From: an uncultured archaeon
Lineage (GTDB): Archaea; Nanobdellota; Nanobdellia; Pacearchaeales; GW2011-AR1
Length of the DNA stretch: 64,000 nt
Assembly: GCA_902385635.1 (NCBI GenBank)
Contig: CABMGN010000008.1
Span: forward strand, 9,956-73,955
Direction: 5' to 3'
Within the stretch, counting starts at the first letter, position 1. Each line of letters starts with the position of its first letter. Both the position numbers and the translations under genes were made by a program. This document shows positions 17,246-27,654 of this stretch, in pieces. The notes beneath the pieces are model-generated. The model saw only the letters and a program-made list of their open reading frames with translations. It did not search any database and had not been told where the DNA came from.

Positions 17246-19546
17246 CTATCCTAAATAACTACCCTCGTTATGGACAGAAAGTTTTTGAGGTTTAATTATT
17301 GCTTCCTCAATTTTCTTATAAGTCTCGATTGTTCCTTTTGTAACACTTGGTTTAACTCTATCTAAAGCAGCATCGAAATGTTTCTTAGAAACAGTTTTTG
17401 CATCAATACTCTCTCTTAAAGATAACATTGCAGCTTCTCTAACAAGACCTTCGATATCCGCACCAGTATAACCCTCAGTTTTCTTAGCAAGATCGTCTAA
17501 CTTAACATCCTTTCCGAGAGGCATTTTCTTAGTATGAATATCTAAAATCATTTTTCTTCCCTTTTCGTCAGGAGCATTAACAAGTAAAATCTTATCAAAT
17601 CTTCCCGGTCTCAGCATTGCAGGATCAATCATATCTGGCCTATTTGTAGCTCCAACAATTAACACATCATTCAAATCTTCCAATCCATCCATCTCAGCTA
17701 AAAGTTGATTCAAGACTCTCTCCGTAACTTTTGTTCCCTGCTCAACGCCCCTTCTTCCAGCAATAGCGTCGATTTCATCAAAGAAGATAATACATGGAGC
17801 GACTTGCCTAGCTCTCTCAAAAATCTTTCTTACTCCCTCTTCAGATTTTCCAACCCACATGCTTAGTAAAGAAGGGCCCTTAATCTGAATAAAATTAGCT
17901 TCTGATTCTTTTGCAACAGCTTTTGCTAAAAGTGTTTTACCGGTTCCAGGGGGACCGTAAAGTAAGATTCCTCGTGAAGGTCTAATTCCAAGTCTCTTGA
18001 AGCTATCAGGGAATTTAAGTGGCCATTCAACAGCTTCTTTTAATTCTCTCTTGATATCATCAATTCCCCCAACACTCTCCCAGCTAACATTCGGAGTTTC
18101 AACCAAAACTTCTCTCATTGCAGAAGGTCTTACAACCTTCAAGGCATCCAAGAAATCTTGTTGTTTAACAACTAATTTTTCCAGAATTTCAGGAGGGATT
18201 TGTTCTTCAACCTCAAGTTTCATTTTAGGAAGAAGCTTTCTCAGAACATTCATAGCAGCTTCTTTACACAAAGAAGAAAGGTCAGCTCCAACAAAACCAT
18301 GAGTTACAGCAGAAATCTCGTCGAGGTTAACATCTTTAGTAAGAGGCATTCCTCTTGTATGAATCTTCAAAACGGCAAGTCTTCCTTGTTTATCTGGAAC
18401 AGAAATTTCGATCTCTCTATCGAATCTTCCCGGTCTTCTCAAAGCAGGATCAAGAGCGTTTATTCTATTTGTTGCACCAATCACAACAACTCTTCCTCTC
18501 CCTTTAAGGCCGTCCATCATTGTTAACATTTGTGAAACAACCCTTCTCTCAACTTCTCCATTAACTTCTTCTCTCTTTGGAGCGATAGCATCTATTTCAT
18601 CAATAAAAATAATACTTGGAGCATTTTTCTCTGCCTCTTCAAAAATGTCTCTTATCTTTTTTTCAGATTCACCATAAAACTTAGACATAATTTCCGGTCC
18701 GTTCAATAAAATAAAATTAGCCTCTGTTTCTGCCGCAACAGCTTTTGCTAAAAGGGTTTTACCTGTTCCAGGAGAGCCGTGAAGTAAAACTCCCTTTGGG
18801 GGTTCAATACCTAATCTCTCGAAGATTTCTGGATGCTTGATTGGAATTTCTACCATCTCTCTAATCTTTTTTATCTCTTCAGTTAAACCACCAATATCTT
18901 CATAAGTAATTTCTGGTATATTACTGTCTTCAGAAACTTCAACAGCCTTAGAATTTAGTATAACTTCAGTGTTTTCTGTAATAATTACTGGTTGATTTGG
19001 ATTTGAATTAACAACTAAGAATTTAATCTGAGTAACTCCCCCCCCAAGTTGTCCGAAAGGCATTCCACCTAAAAGGCCACCAAACATTTCATTTAAGTCA
19101 CCAAAATCATCTGAAAGTAAGTCTCTTCTTCTTTGAACTCCACCCATCACGATAAGATCTCCTTTTAGAACAGCTCTCCCTAAAAGTCCTCTTCTCAGAT
19201 TATCCGGGTCACCCTGGACCATGATTCCTTTTTGTGCAGGAGCGATAGTGATCTTTTTTGCTTCCTTAATTTCTGCTTTAGAAATCTTAACAGTATCACC
19301 AATACCTGCCTTTGCGTTTCTTCTTAAAATACCATCAATTCTAACTATTCCTTCACCAACATCTGCAGGGTAAGCTCTATCAACAATTGCAACAGTTTCT
19401 CTATTTCCTTTAATCACAACAACGTCTCCTCGCTTAATATCTAATTCTCTCATGATTTCAGAATCAATTCTAGCAATACCTTTGTAAGCATCATCTTGTA
19501 AGGATTCCACAACCTTCAATTGAATTTCTTTCTTTTTTTCTGCCAT
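17246..19546 (-). CDS. cdc48: CDC48/p97/VAT AAA+ ATPase
   Basis: N domain plus two AAA modules ([26 protein letters not shown]); C-terminal HbYX-like YLG. Confidence 0.97.
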   Translation of the reverse strand: MAEKKKEIQLKVVESLQDDAYKGIARIDSEIMRELDIKRGDVVVIKGNRETVAIVDRAYPADVGEGIVRIDGILRRNAKAGIGDTVKISKAEIKEAKKITIAPAQKGIMVQGDPDNLRRGLLGRAVLKGDLIVMGGVQRRRDLLSDDFGDLNEMFGGLLGGMPFGQLGGGVTQIKFLVVNSNPNQPVIITENTEVILNSKAVEVSEDSNIPEITYEDIGGLTEEIKKIREMVEIPIKHPEIFERLGIEPPKGVLLHGSPGTGKTLLAKAVAAETEANFILLNGPEIMSKFYGESEKKIRDIFEEAEKNAPSIIFIDEIDAIAPKREEVNGEVERRVVSQMLTMMDGLKGRGRVVVIGATNRINALDPALRRPGRFDREIEISVPDKQGRLAVLKIHTRGMPLTKDVNLDEISAVTHGFVGADLSSLCKEAAMNVLRKLLPKMKLEVEEQIPPEILEKLVVKQQDFLDALKVVRPSAMREVLVETPNVSWESVGGIDDIKRELKEAVEWPLKFPDSFKRLGIRPSRGILLYGPPGTGKTLLAKAVAKESEANFIQIKGPSLLSMWVGKSEEGVRKIFERARQVAPCIIFFDEIDAIAGRRGVEQGTKVTERVLNQLLAEMDGLEDLNDVLIVGATNRPDMIDPAMLRPGRFDKILLVNAPDEKGRKMILDIHTKKMPLGKDVKLDDLAKKTEGYTGADIEGLVREAAMLSLRESIDAKTVSKKHFDAALDRVKPSVTKGTIETYKKIEEAIIKPQKLSVHNEGSYLG

Positions 19547-19920
19547 TATTTTCTTAGTTCTTTATGTTTAATTTCTTCTTCCTCTCCAAAGTTAAGAGAG
19601 AGTCTTCCCATTTCCTCGAAACAAAGCCGAACCATATTATCCATCATTCTACTCTGTTCTTCCATGAAGGAAACAATCTCCTTTGGAATTGAAACAGCAT
19701 AACTATTCCCAACAAGTCTCATCTTAACTTTAAATTCTTTATTCTTTAGATTAACATAGCGATCATACTCCTGCTCATCAACAGGGTGTATGATTTTATC
19801 GCTACACTTTGGGCAGATAACTGCTCGTAACAAAAATCCATTTTTCTCTAACTGAGCTTTCTGCATTTTTGTTCCGCACTTCTGACATAAAATTGTGTTG
19901 TCGAATATATCGTGTGTCAT
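19546..19920 (-). CDS. Zn-ribbon + AbrB/SpoVT-type DNA-binding protein
   Basis: CQKC...CPKC; KMRLVGNSYAVSIPKEI AbrB signature; coupled to cdc48 by TAATG overlap. Confidence 0.8.
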   Translation of the reverse strand: MTHDIFDNTILCQKCGTKMQKAQLEKNGFLLRAVICPKCSDKIIHPVDEQEYDRYVNLKNKEFKVKMRLVGNSYAVSIPKEIVSFMEEQSRMMDNMVRLCFEEMGRLSLNFGEEEEIKHKELRK

Positions 19921-20020
19921 TTTTGTTTCTTTGATTATGGCCCCTATGGCCTTGAGTATGAACCGCATTCCGAAGAATGCAGTTTCTAGAGGTTTTTAAG
20001 AGGTAAAGTTATACAGTTGC

Positions 20021-20041
20021 GTGTATACTTTATGTATACAC
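20021..20041. promoter_or_regulatory. Perfect inverted repeat GTGTATAC-TTTAT-GTATACAC, probable operator
   Basis: Lies about 20-35 nt downstream (on -) of the TATA near 20058-20063 serving the AbrB-cdc48 operon. Confidence 0.6.
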
Positions 20042-20112
20042 AGAGAAATAGATACTATTTAAATATTTCGCTAATTTAAAAGATATTTAAATCCAGAAGA
20101 GCTTGTTCAAAA

Positions 20113-20751
20113 ATGAGTAAAGAGTCGTTCAAAAACTTCTGGAAAAAATTCTGGCATCTCCTTTGGAAAGACGATTCCTGGAAAGGTTGGTTATTCTCTA
20201 TTATTTTTCTGTTTGTCTTCATAAAATTTATTTTTTTCCCTGGATTAAGTTGGGTAACAGGTACGCAACTTCCTCTGGCAATAGTAGAATCTTGCTCAAT
20301 GTACCACCAAGGAGGAACCTGGCCGCTAACAAGTTATGACTCGTGGATAAATTCTCACCAGACAAAGTACAAAAATCTAAATATAACCGAACAACAATTC
20401 TCAAATTTCAAGATGAAAAATGGTTTTAACAAAGGAGATATACTCTTCATAACAGGAGTAAAACCCGAAAACATCAAAGTAGGAGATATAATTATCTTTA
20501 TAGCTCCGACAACAAACCCTGTGATTCATAGAGTAATTGCTATCAGGACAGATCCGACAACAAACAAGAGAATTTTTTCCACAGAAGGGGACAATAATAA
20601 CGGGCAGTTAAGCTTTGAAAATAATATTCAAGAAAATCAAATTCTAGGAAAAGCACAATTTAAACTAGCACCCTATTTAGGCTGGGTAAAACTAGTCTTT
20701 TTTGAGGCCCAAAAATCTCCACAAGAAAGAGGTTTTTGCACCCAAAGATAA
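20113..20751 (+). CDS. Signal peptidase I (archaeal Sec11/S26B type)
   Basis: TM then VESCSM catalytic Ser, GDI, VIHRV, TEGDNN. Confidence 0.9.
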   Translation: MSKESFKNFWKKFWHLLWKDDSWKGWLFSIIFLFVFIKFIFFPGLSWVTGTQLPLAIVESCSMYHQGGTWPLTSYDSWINSHQTKYKNLNITEQQFSNFKMKNGFNKGDILFITGVKPENIKVGDIIIFIAPTTNPVIHRVIAIRTDPTTNKRIFSTEGDNNNGQLSFENNIQENQILGKAQFKLAPYLGWVKLVFFEAQKSPQERGFCTQR

Positions 20752-20791
20752 GAGGCAAGATTTTTAAACAAACCCCCCCAAATTACTAGTT

Positions 20792-21100
20792 ATGGAATTT
20801 TGTCCCAAATGCGGTGCAGTCTTAATACAAAAGACAAAAAATGCTGGATGCCCTCGTTGTAGTTATTCTTCTGGAGAAAAGCTAAAGATAAAGACTTGCG
20901 AACTAATTGAAGAAAAAAAAGACACCCCTATTTTATGCGACAAAGATGAAGAATTCCTCCCGATAACAGAAGAAAAATGCCAAAAATGTAAACACCCTAA
21001 AGCTTACTTTTGGACAAGACAAACACGTTCAGCAGATGAAGCAGAGACCAAATTTTTCAAATGTGTTAAATGCTCTCATACTTGGAAAAGTTATAGATAA
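20792..21100 (+). CDS. tfs: Transcription factor S (TFS/RpoM family)
   Basis: Two Zn ribbons; QTRSADE acidic loop. Confidence 0.93.
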   Translation: MEFCPKCGAVLIQKTKNAGCPRCSYSSGEKLKIKTCELIEEKKDTPILCDKDEEFLPITEEKCQKCKHPKAYFWTRQTRSADEAETKFFKCVKCSHTWKSYR

Positions 21101-21131
21101 CTAATTCTTCCTAATATTTTTGTAATAAAAA

Positions 21132-21206
21132 TGACCCCGATGGGAGTTGAACCCACGACACCCGGATTAAGAGTCCGGTGCTCTAACCAGGCTGAGCTAC
21201 GGGGCC
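21132..21206 (-). tRNA. tRNA-Lys(CTT)
   Basis: Cloverleaf GGCCCCG...CCGGA-CTCTTAA-TCCGG...GTTCAAC...CGGGGTCA. Confidence 0.95.
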
Positions 21207-21245
21207 AGCCAAACAAATAATCATCCATTAGAAAGTTTAAAAGGA

Positions 21246-22835
21246 TTATCTTTTTTTCAAAGAAGCTTCAATCAATCCCTTAAATAAAGGAGCTGGATTC
21301 AAAAGAGAACTTTTCAGTTCAGGATGAGCTTGTGTTGCAACGAAATAAGGATGGATCTCTTTCGATAGCTCAATAAATTCCACAAGGGTTCCATCGGGAG
21401 ATAAGCCAGAAAAAATTAAACCATGGTCTTGTAAAATTTTATGGTATTCGGGGTTAACTTCATACCTATGCCTATGTCTTTCTAATGCTTCAGAAGAGCA
21501 ATAAAGTGAATTAACCATCGTGTTTGATTTCAAATTTGCAACGTAACAACCAAGCCGCATAGTCCCTCCTTTATCTAAAATATTCTTTTGTTCTTTTAAA
21601 ATATCAATCACGGGATATAAACAGCTGGGATCAACTTCAGTAGTATTAGCTCCCTCTAAACAACAGACATTCCTCGCAAATTCGACAACAGCCAACTGCA
21701 AACCATAACATAGACCCAAGAATGGAACTTTATTTTCACGGCAATGTTTTATAATGTTTATTTTTCCCTCAACTCCCCGAGAACCAAAACCACCCGGGAC
21801 AATAACTCCGTCAATTCCTCTTAAATCAAAGCTTCCTTCACTCGTTTCTATCCACTTAAGTTTAATCTTTACAGAAAATAATGATTCACAATGATGCAAT
21901 GCTTCTATTATACTTGCGTAAGAATCTTCGAGTTGAGTATATTTCCCCGCAATAGCGATTGTAATTTGCTTCTCTGCGTTTTCCCTTTGTTTAATCAACC
22001 TCTCCCACTCTGGAAGCAAAGAAGTATTAGAAGAAAGATCTAATCTCTTAAGCAAAAGTTTAGACATTCCCTGATTCTCAAAAACAAGAGGTACCTTGTA
22101 TATATTATCAACATCAAGACCGGTAAGAATATCCTCTTTGTCTAAATTACAGCTCACAGCAATTTTATTTTTTATATTATCAGATAACATTTCACTACAA
22201 CGCGCTATAATTATGTCCGGCTCTATCCCCTTTTGTCTAAGAAGGCTAACACTCTGTTGTGTAGGTTTTGATTTTTGTTCATGAACCCCCGAAGGGATTG
22301 GGACATATGTAAGATGAACGAAAAGAACATTTTCTCTACCAACTTTTCTAGATAAAGATTTTACAGCTTCAATATACAATTCGTTCTCCATATCTCCCAC
22401 AGTGCCCCCTATCTCAATAAGAACAACCTCTGCCTGAGTTTCTTCTCCAACTCTAAGGAAATGATCTCTGATAAAATTAGAGACATGGGGAATCATCTGA
22501 ACAGTTTTTCCAAGATAGTCTCCTCTCCTTTCTTTTTCACGTATTCTGTCAAAAACTTTACCCATTGTGAGGTTCCAATCAAATTTACAAGTAACTCCCA
22601 GAAATCTCTCATAATGCCCAAAATCCATATCTACCTCTCCCCCATCATCAAGAACAAAAACCTCTCCATGCTCAATAGGGTTCATAGTCCCAGGATCAAC
22701 ATTAAGATATCCATCGCACTTAATAGGAATAACCTTATACGTAGGAGAAAGGATATTTCCAATACTTGCAGCAGCTATGCCTTTACCTAAACCACTCAAA
22801 ACTCCACCAGTAAAAACAATATATTTTCGGGACAC
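21246..22835 (-). CDS. pyrG: CTP synthase
   Basis: GGVLSGLGKG, DPGTMNP, KSKPTQQSV, GLCYGLQ, ERHRHRYE, HPE; GTG start. Confidence 0.98.
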   Translation of the reverse strand: MSRKYIVFTGGVLSGLGKGIAAASIGNILSPTYKVIPIKCDGYLNVDPGTMNPIEHGEVFVLDDGGEVDMDFGHYERFLGVTCKFDWNLTMGKVFDRIREKERRGDYLGKTVQMIPHVSNFIRDHFLRVGEETQAEVVLIEIGGTVGDMENELYIEAVKSLSRKVGRENVLFVHLTYVPIPSGVHEQKSKPTQQSVSLLRQKGIEPDIIIARCSEMLSDNIKNKIAVSCNLDKEDILTGLDVDNIYKVPLVFENQGMSKLLLKRLDLSSNTSLLPEWERLIKQRENAEKQITIAIAGKYTQLEDSYASIIEALHHCESLFSVKIKLKWIETSEGSFDLRGIDGVIVPGGFGSRGVEGKINIIKHCRENKVPFLGLCYGLQLAVVEFARNVCCLEGANTTEVDPSCLYPVIDILKEQKNILDKGGTMRLGCYVANLKSNTMVNSLYCSSEALERHRHRYEVNPEYHKILQDHGLIFSGLSPDGTLVEFIELSKEIHPYFVATQAHPELKSSLLNPAPLFKGLIEASLKKR

Positions 22836-22890
22836 AATAAGATATGCGCTCTTTCTTTAAAACAGTTTAGAATTATGCTAGAGGAGTAAA

Positions 22891-22940
22891 AGCAAAATAA
22901 AAAAATAAAAGAAAAAGTAAAAAATCCCGTCATGCGGGTT
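22891..22940 (-). terminator. Short hairpin plus T tract after the wHTH gene
   Basis: CCCG-CATGA-CGGG followed by long T-rich run on -. Confidence 0.4.
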
Positions 22941-22964
22941 CGTGAAGTTAGGTAGCTATCACCT

Positions 22965-23234
22965 CTACCTGACTAGCTTCTGAATATTCTCAATCGCATC
23001 TGCAACATCCTTACCCTTCTTAGTAAGTTGTATAACCTTAACTCTTCCTCGCTTCTCAAATACAACCAAACCAAGTTCCTCTAGTGTTTGCAGAATTTTG
23101 ACTGCGTGACTGTATGTACAATCAACTTCCTTAGCCAAAATACTACCATACCTCATCCTTGTATTTTTCTTCAGGGATACCAACATTAAAGCTGGCTTCC
23201 TTCGAAAAAAAATGTCTGAGTTATCTTTCATCAT
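22965..23234 (-). CDS. Winged-helix (MarR-like) DNA-binding protein
   Basis: LAKEVDCTYSHAVKILQTLEELGLV...KRGRVK...LTKKG. Confidence 0.85.
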   Translation of the reverse strand: MMKDNSDIFFRRKPALMLVSLKKNTRMRYGSILAKEVDCTYSHAVKILQTLEELGLVVFEKRGRVKVIQLTKKGKDVADAIENIQKLVR

Positions 23235-23367
23235 CTTCGGATATAGGTATTTTAAAGTATATATCCTGAAAGTAGCTTGTATATAAATGTTTTGTAATGT
23301 ATATGTTCATTACTTCATTTCAGTAAAAAATATAATCTCAGATATCTCTTAAAATAATGTATTAAAC

Positions 23368-24018
23368 ATGGAACAAAAAAATCAAATAAAAAAAATATCC
23401 AAAAAGGAAAAAGGAAAAACAAGAGTTATGGCTGTGGGAGATATTCATGGGGATACTGGACTAGTAAGAAGACTTGCAGAAAAAGCAGAAAAAGAAAATG
23501 TTGATTTAGTAATTTTAGCTGGAGACCTTACTCAAGGGGGAGATATTCCGCCAAATTTAATAGGCCCTTTTCTAAAAGCAAAAAAACAAGTACTAATTAT
23601 CTCAGGTAATCACGAACCAAGAGCAGTTACAAACTTTTTAACAGAACTATATGAAGGAACAAAAAATTTACACGGTTACTCTCTAAAAAAAGGAAATCTC
23701 GGAATCTTTGGAGTTGGTGGCGCAGATGTTGGTTTTGATGCTCTAGAAGAAAAAGAATTTAGATCACTGCTTTCAAAAAGCCATAGGTACATAGCAGATA
23801 CAGAGAAAAAAATAATGGTCACACATTTACATCCAGTAGGAACAAAATCCGAATTTTCAGGGATAAGGGGAAGCGAAGCAATAAGGGAAGCAATTGAGAA
23901 ATTCCAACCAGACTTTGCATTCAACGCTCACGTACATGAAGCCGGAGGGGTTTACGATAAAATAGGAAAAACAAAAGTTATCAATGTAAGCAGGAAAGAA
24001 GCTATTTTCGACATTTAA
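23368..24018 (+). CDS. Calcineurin-like metallophosphoesterase
   Basis: DIHG, GDLT, GNHE, THLHP, AHVHE. Confidence 0.92.
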   Translation: MEQKNQIKKISKKEKGKTRVMAVGDIHGDTGLVRRLAEKAEKENVDLVILAGDLTQGGDIPPNLIGPFLKAKKQVLIISGNHEPRAVTNFLTELYEGTKNLHGYSLKKGNLGIFGVGGADVGFDALEEKEFRSLLSKSHRYIADTEKKIMVTHLHPVGTKSEFSGIRGSEAIREAIEKFQPDFAFNAHVHEAGGVYDKIGKTKVINVSRKEAIFDI

Positions 24019-24125
24019 AAGATTTCAGTTGACTGCTGAACAATAAACTTCAGTTCCTTTTCTAATCTAAGTGTAATCTCTATAAGCCCATTAAATTCTT
24101 GTTCCAAAAGCTTTTGGTCTTCCAT
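24015..24125 (-). CDS. Small 36 aa protein (MEDQKLLEQEFNGLIEITLRLEKELKFIVQQSTEIF)
   Basis: Translated by hand; ATG 1 nt after stop of the upstream small ORF; amphipathic helix pattern. Confidence 0.5.
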   Translation of the reverse strand: MEDQKLLEQEFNGLIEITLRLEKELKFIVQQSTEIF

Positions 24126-24126
24126 C

Positions 24127-24240
24127 TTAAGCAGCCCAGACACCAAACTCTCCCTTCCTAAACTCTTCTATTACTTTTGATAAAAAAGGCTCAAAAGAGT
24201 ATTCATCTGAAGATTTTATCACGGTTTTTTTCACCTCCAT
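24127..24240 (-). CDS. Small 37 aa protein (MEVKKTVIKSSDEYSFEPFLSKVIEEFRKGEFGVWAA)
   Basis: Translated by hand; divergent from 24346 regulator; contains GGAGGTG, so an internal GTG start is possible. Confidence 0.45.
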   Translation of the reverse strand: MEVKKTVIKSSDEYSFEPFLSKVIEEFRKGEFGVWAA

Positions 24241-24345
24241 ACATATACAAAGAGTTGTAAAAGTGATATCCTTTTTTGTACAAAATGTGTCCTTAGTGTT
24301 GTACTAAACAAAAAGTCTTAAAAATAAAGGATTCTTAGTAAAACA

Positions 24346-25185
24346 ATGCTAGAACCGGCTATAATAAAAAAGATAGAGGAATTTGTTTACCCTAAACCAA
24401 GAACAGTACAAGAAATAGCACAACATCTTGGAAAGAATTGGAGAACGGCAGATAGGTATGTAGAAGAAATTCAGAAAGAGTTTGGAACAGTCTCAACAAG
24501 GAAGTTCAGAGAGGGCACAAGGGGAGCACTAAAAATAGTATACTGGTCAAGCATAGAAAAAGTTTCTTACTCAATTTTTCAAGAGAAACTAGAACAAGAA
24601 ATAATGTCTCTAAAACAAAAAAGAGATTTCTCAGCATTTGATATCTTTCAGCATATCCCAGACAAGAATAAACATGCAATAGTAGAACCAGGTATAGACG
24701 ATAGTACAGAAAATTTGAAAGAACTAAAAGATCTTTTAGAAAAAGCAGAGAAGCAAGTACTAATTTTCTCGGGAGATCTTTCGTTTACAAACTATAAGAA
24801 CTTTGAAATAAAAAAAATTCTAGAAGAACTAGCAAAAAGGGGAGTAAAAATAAAAATAATCTGCCGGGTAGATATCGCTGCACTGGGAAACATAGAAAGA
24901 ATACTCTCCCTAAATTTTAAGGGAGGAAAAGAAATGATTGAGATAAGGCACAGGGAGCAACCCCTAAGGGCATTTGTAATAGATAACAAGATAATTAGAA
25001 TAAAAGAAGTAAAAGAACCCACCGGAAAAATAAAAGAATTAGATAAAAGAATCTTCATTTTTTACACACTAAAAGACAAAGAATGGGCAGAATGGCTCTC
25101 AAAAATATTCTTTAAAATGTTTAGTCAGTCAATTGACGCAAGAAAAAGGCTAGAAGAAGTAAACAAGCTGAAGGTAAAGAAATAA
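24346..25185 (+). CDS. TrmB-like regulator (N-terminal wHTH + PLD-like effector domain)
   Basis: TVQEIAQHLGKNWRTADRYV HTH; KAEKQVLIFSGD...KRGVKIKII...RAFVIDNK. Confidence 0.7.
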   Translation: MLEPAIIKKIEEFVYPKPRTVQEIAQHLGKNWRTADRYVEEIQKEFGTVSTRKFREGTRGALKIVYWSSIEKVSYSIFQEKLEQEIMSLKQKRDFSAFDIFQHIPDKNKHAIVEPGIDDSTENLKELKDLLEKAEKQVLIFSGDLSFTNYKNFEIKKILEELAKRGVKIKIICRVDIAALGNIERILSLNFKGGKEMIEIRHREQPLRAFVIDNKIIRIKEVKEPTGKIKELDKRIFIFYTLKDKEWAEWLSKIFFKMFSQSIDARKRLEEVNKLKVKK

Positions 25186-25209
25186 AAACCATCTGAATTC
25201 TCTATAAAA

Positions 25210-27654
25210 ATGCAAAAAAAACAAAAGAAGTCAACAGAGGAAAAAACAGCTGAAAATTATTTTCCAGTTGATCAAGAAGATGTGAAGATAACAACAGAAA
25301 AGTCAGCGAGAGTTTTAACCCCAACAAGAGAGGAGGTACTAAAAGGAAGTATAGAGAAAAGAGTAAAGTCACCTCTTCCAAAAGAGGAAATTCTTAAAAC
25401 AGCAGTAGAAAAAACGCATAAGGCTATTGATAGAAAAAAATTAGAGACAGTAGAAAAAATTCCAAGAAAGAACAACAAAAAAACAAATTTCAAAAAGAAA
25501 AAAAATGGAACAAATGGGAGAAGTATAGATTACCAACCACCACAAGTAAAACTAAAATCTTCAGGAGGATACGAGCTGATAATAACTGAAAAGCCCCAAG
25601 CAGCCAATAAGATTGCAAATGCTTTGGGAAAAGCGGTTCAGAAGAATTTCAACAAAGTTCCTTATTACGAATTACTGCGAGATAATAAAAGAATAGTTGT
25701 TGCGTGCGCAGTAGGACATTTGTTTACACTAAAACAAAATTCGCCTGGACAAAAAATACCTAACTTTGATATCTCGTGGGTTCCAAATTATCTAGCAATA
25801 AAGGGGGATTTCACAAAAAGATATTATGATACAATTCTAAAATTAGTAAGAGACGCAAATTCTGTGACTGTTGCAACAGATTATGATGTTGAAGGGGAAG
25901 TAATTGGACTAAATGTTGTAAGATTCTTATGCGGCCAGAAAGATGCGAACAGAATGAAGTTCTCAACCCTTACTTCAAAAGAGCTTAATGAAGCATACGA
26001 AAAGAAAGCAAAAACACTTAATTGGGGGCAGGCAATTGCCGGAGAGACTAGGCACTACCTAGACTGGTTCTACGGAATAAATCTCTCACGTTCCTTAATG
26101 AATGCTATAAAATCAACAGGAAAATTCAAAATAATGTCTATTGGTCGTGTACAAGGACCAGCATTAAATCTTATAGTCCAAAAAGAAAGAGAAATACAAG
26201 CATTCAAACCAGAACCATTCTGGCAAGCCTTCATAGTAGTCGATGACGGAAAGAACCAGATTGAATTAAAATACACCAAAGATATTTTTGATAAAAAAGA
26301 ACTAACTAAATTTGACGGATTAAAAGGAAAAGACGTTTTAGTAAAAACAGACAAAACTACTCAACAAATAGCCCCACCAGTTCCATTCAGTCTAACAACA
26401 TTACAAACAGAAGCTTATAGCTTTTACGGAATCACTCCCGCTAAAACTCTTCAAATAGCCCAGTCACTTTATCTAGCAGGATTAATATCCTATCCTAGAA
26501 CTTCTTCGCAAAAACTTCCAGATTCTATAGATTATAAATCAATAAAAGAAAAATTAGCTGCCAAATTTAAATTTGAAAAGCTGATGAAAAAAGAAAAACC
26601 TGTAGAGGGAGAAAAAACAGATCCAGCACACCCCTCAATTTACCCAACTGGAAATGAACCCCAAGGCATTTCAGAACAAGAAAATAAAATATATAGTTTA
26701 ATTGTAAGAAGATTCTTGTCTCTCTTTGCAGAAGATGCTATAGTTGACAGAAAAACAGTTTCAACAGCTATAGAAAAAGTTGGAGACTTCAATGCTAAAG
26801 GTTCTCAGATAAGAAAAAAAGCCTGGATGGAAATTTATCCCTCACGAACAAAAGAAAATGATCTCCCAGACATGAACGGAAAAGCAAAAATTACAGAATC
26901 AAAAATAGAACAGAAAGAAACTCAACCCCCTAAAAGATACTCTCCAGCATCAATAGTTTCAGAGTTAGAAAAAAGAAATCTCGGAACAAAAGCAACAAGA
27001 GCAGCGATTCTAGAAACACTATATGATAGAGGTTATGTTATGGAAAAAAGCATCGAGGCAACGTCTCTAGGTATTTCTTTAATAAAAACTCTAGAAAAAT
27101 ACTCTCCGATAATAATCGATGAAGAACTAACAAGAAAGTTTGAAGAAGAGATGGAAATCATACAAGAAGCAAAAACACAAGATTTGGTGAAAGAAGAGAA
27201 AAAGGTTATTGAAGAGGCAAAGGAAACTATAACAAAGATAGCAAAAGATTTTGAGAAACACGAGAAAAAAATAGGTCTTGAACTTGTTGAAGCAAATACA
27301 GAACTTCAGAAGCAAGAAAGAGAGAAAAACACTTTAGTCCAATGCCCAGTCTGTAAAAAGGGCGATTTAGTTATAATGTACTCCAAGAAAAATAGAAGAT
27401 TCTTCGTTGCATGTAATAAATATCCTGATTGTAAGACAACTTACTCTCTTCCTCCTAACGGAACAGCAAAAAAGTCAGATAAAAATTGTGAATCTTGTGG
27501 TTATCCAATGATAACAATATTTAGGGCAGGAAAACGCCCCTGGAATTTATGCTTTAATCCAAATTGTGAGTTAAACAAAAAAAGATTAGAAGAATATTAT
27601 AAGAAAAAAGATGAAGAGTCTGGAGCTAATGAAGGCGTAACTGAAGAAAACTAA
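25210..27654 (+). CDS. topA: Type IA DNA topoisomerase with long basic N-terminal extension
   Basis: ITEKP, ATDYDVEGE, SIGRVQ, ISYPRT, AHPSIYPT, LGTKATR, C-terminal Zn ribbons. Confidence 0.96.
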   Translation: MQKKQKKSTEEKTAENYFPVDQEDVKITTEKSARVLTPTREEVLKGSIEKRVKSPLPKEEILKTAVEKTHKAIDRKKLETVEKIPRKNNKKTNFKKKKNGTNGRSIDYQPPQVKLKSSGGYELIITEKPQAANKIANALGKAVQKNFNKVPYYELLRDNKRIVVACAVGHLFTLKQNSPGQKIPNFDISWVPNYLAIKGDFTKRYYDTILKLVRDANSVTVATDYDVEGEVIGLNVVRFLCGQKDANRMKFSTLTSKELNEAYEKKAKTLNWGQAIAGETRHYLDWFYGINLSRSLMNAIKSTGKFKIMSIGRVQGPALNLIVQKEREIQAFKPEPFWQAFIVVDDGKNQIELKYTKDIFDKKELTKFDGLKGKDVLVKTDKTTQQIAPPVPFSLTTLQTEAYSFYGITPAKTLQIAQSLYLAGLISYPRTSSQKLPDSIDYKSIKEKLAAKFKFEKLMKKEKPVEGEKTDPAHPSIYPTGNEPQGISEQENKIYSLIVRRFLSLFAEDAIVDRKTVSTAIEKVGDFNAKGSQIRKKAWMEIYPSRTKENDLPDMNGKAKITESKIEQKETQPPKRYSPASIVSELEKRNLGTKATRAAILETLYDRGYVMEKSIEATSLGISLIKTLEKYSPIIIDEELTRKFEEEMEIIQEAKTQDLVKEEKKVIEEAKETITKIAKDFEKHEKKIGLELVEANTELQKQEREKNTLVQCPVCKKGDLVIMYSKKNRRFFVACNKYPDCKTTYSLPPNGTAKKSDKNCESCGYPMITIFRAGKRPWNLCFNPNCELNKKRLEEYYKKKDEESGANEGVTEEN

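Noticed and set aside
17913-18755. Repeated CAACAGCTTTTGCTAAAAG in cdc48
   Set aside because: Encodes the conserved LLAKAVA after Walker A in both AAA modules
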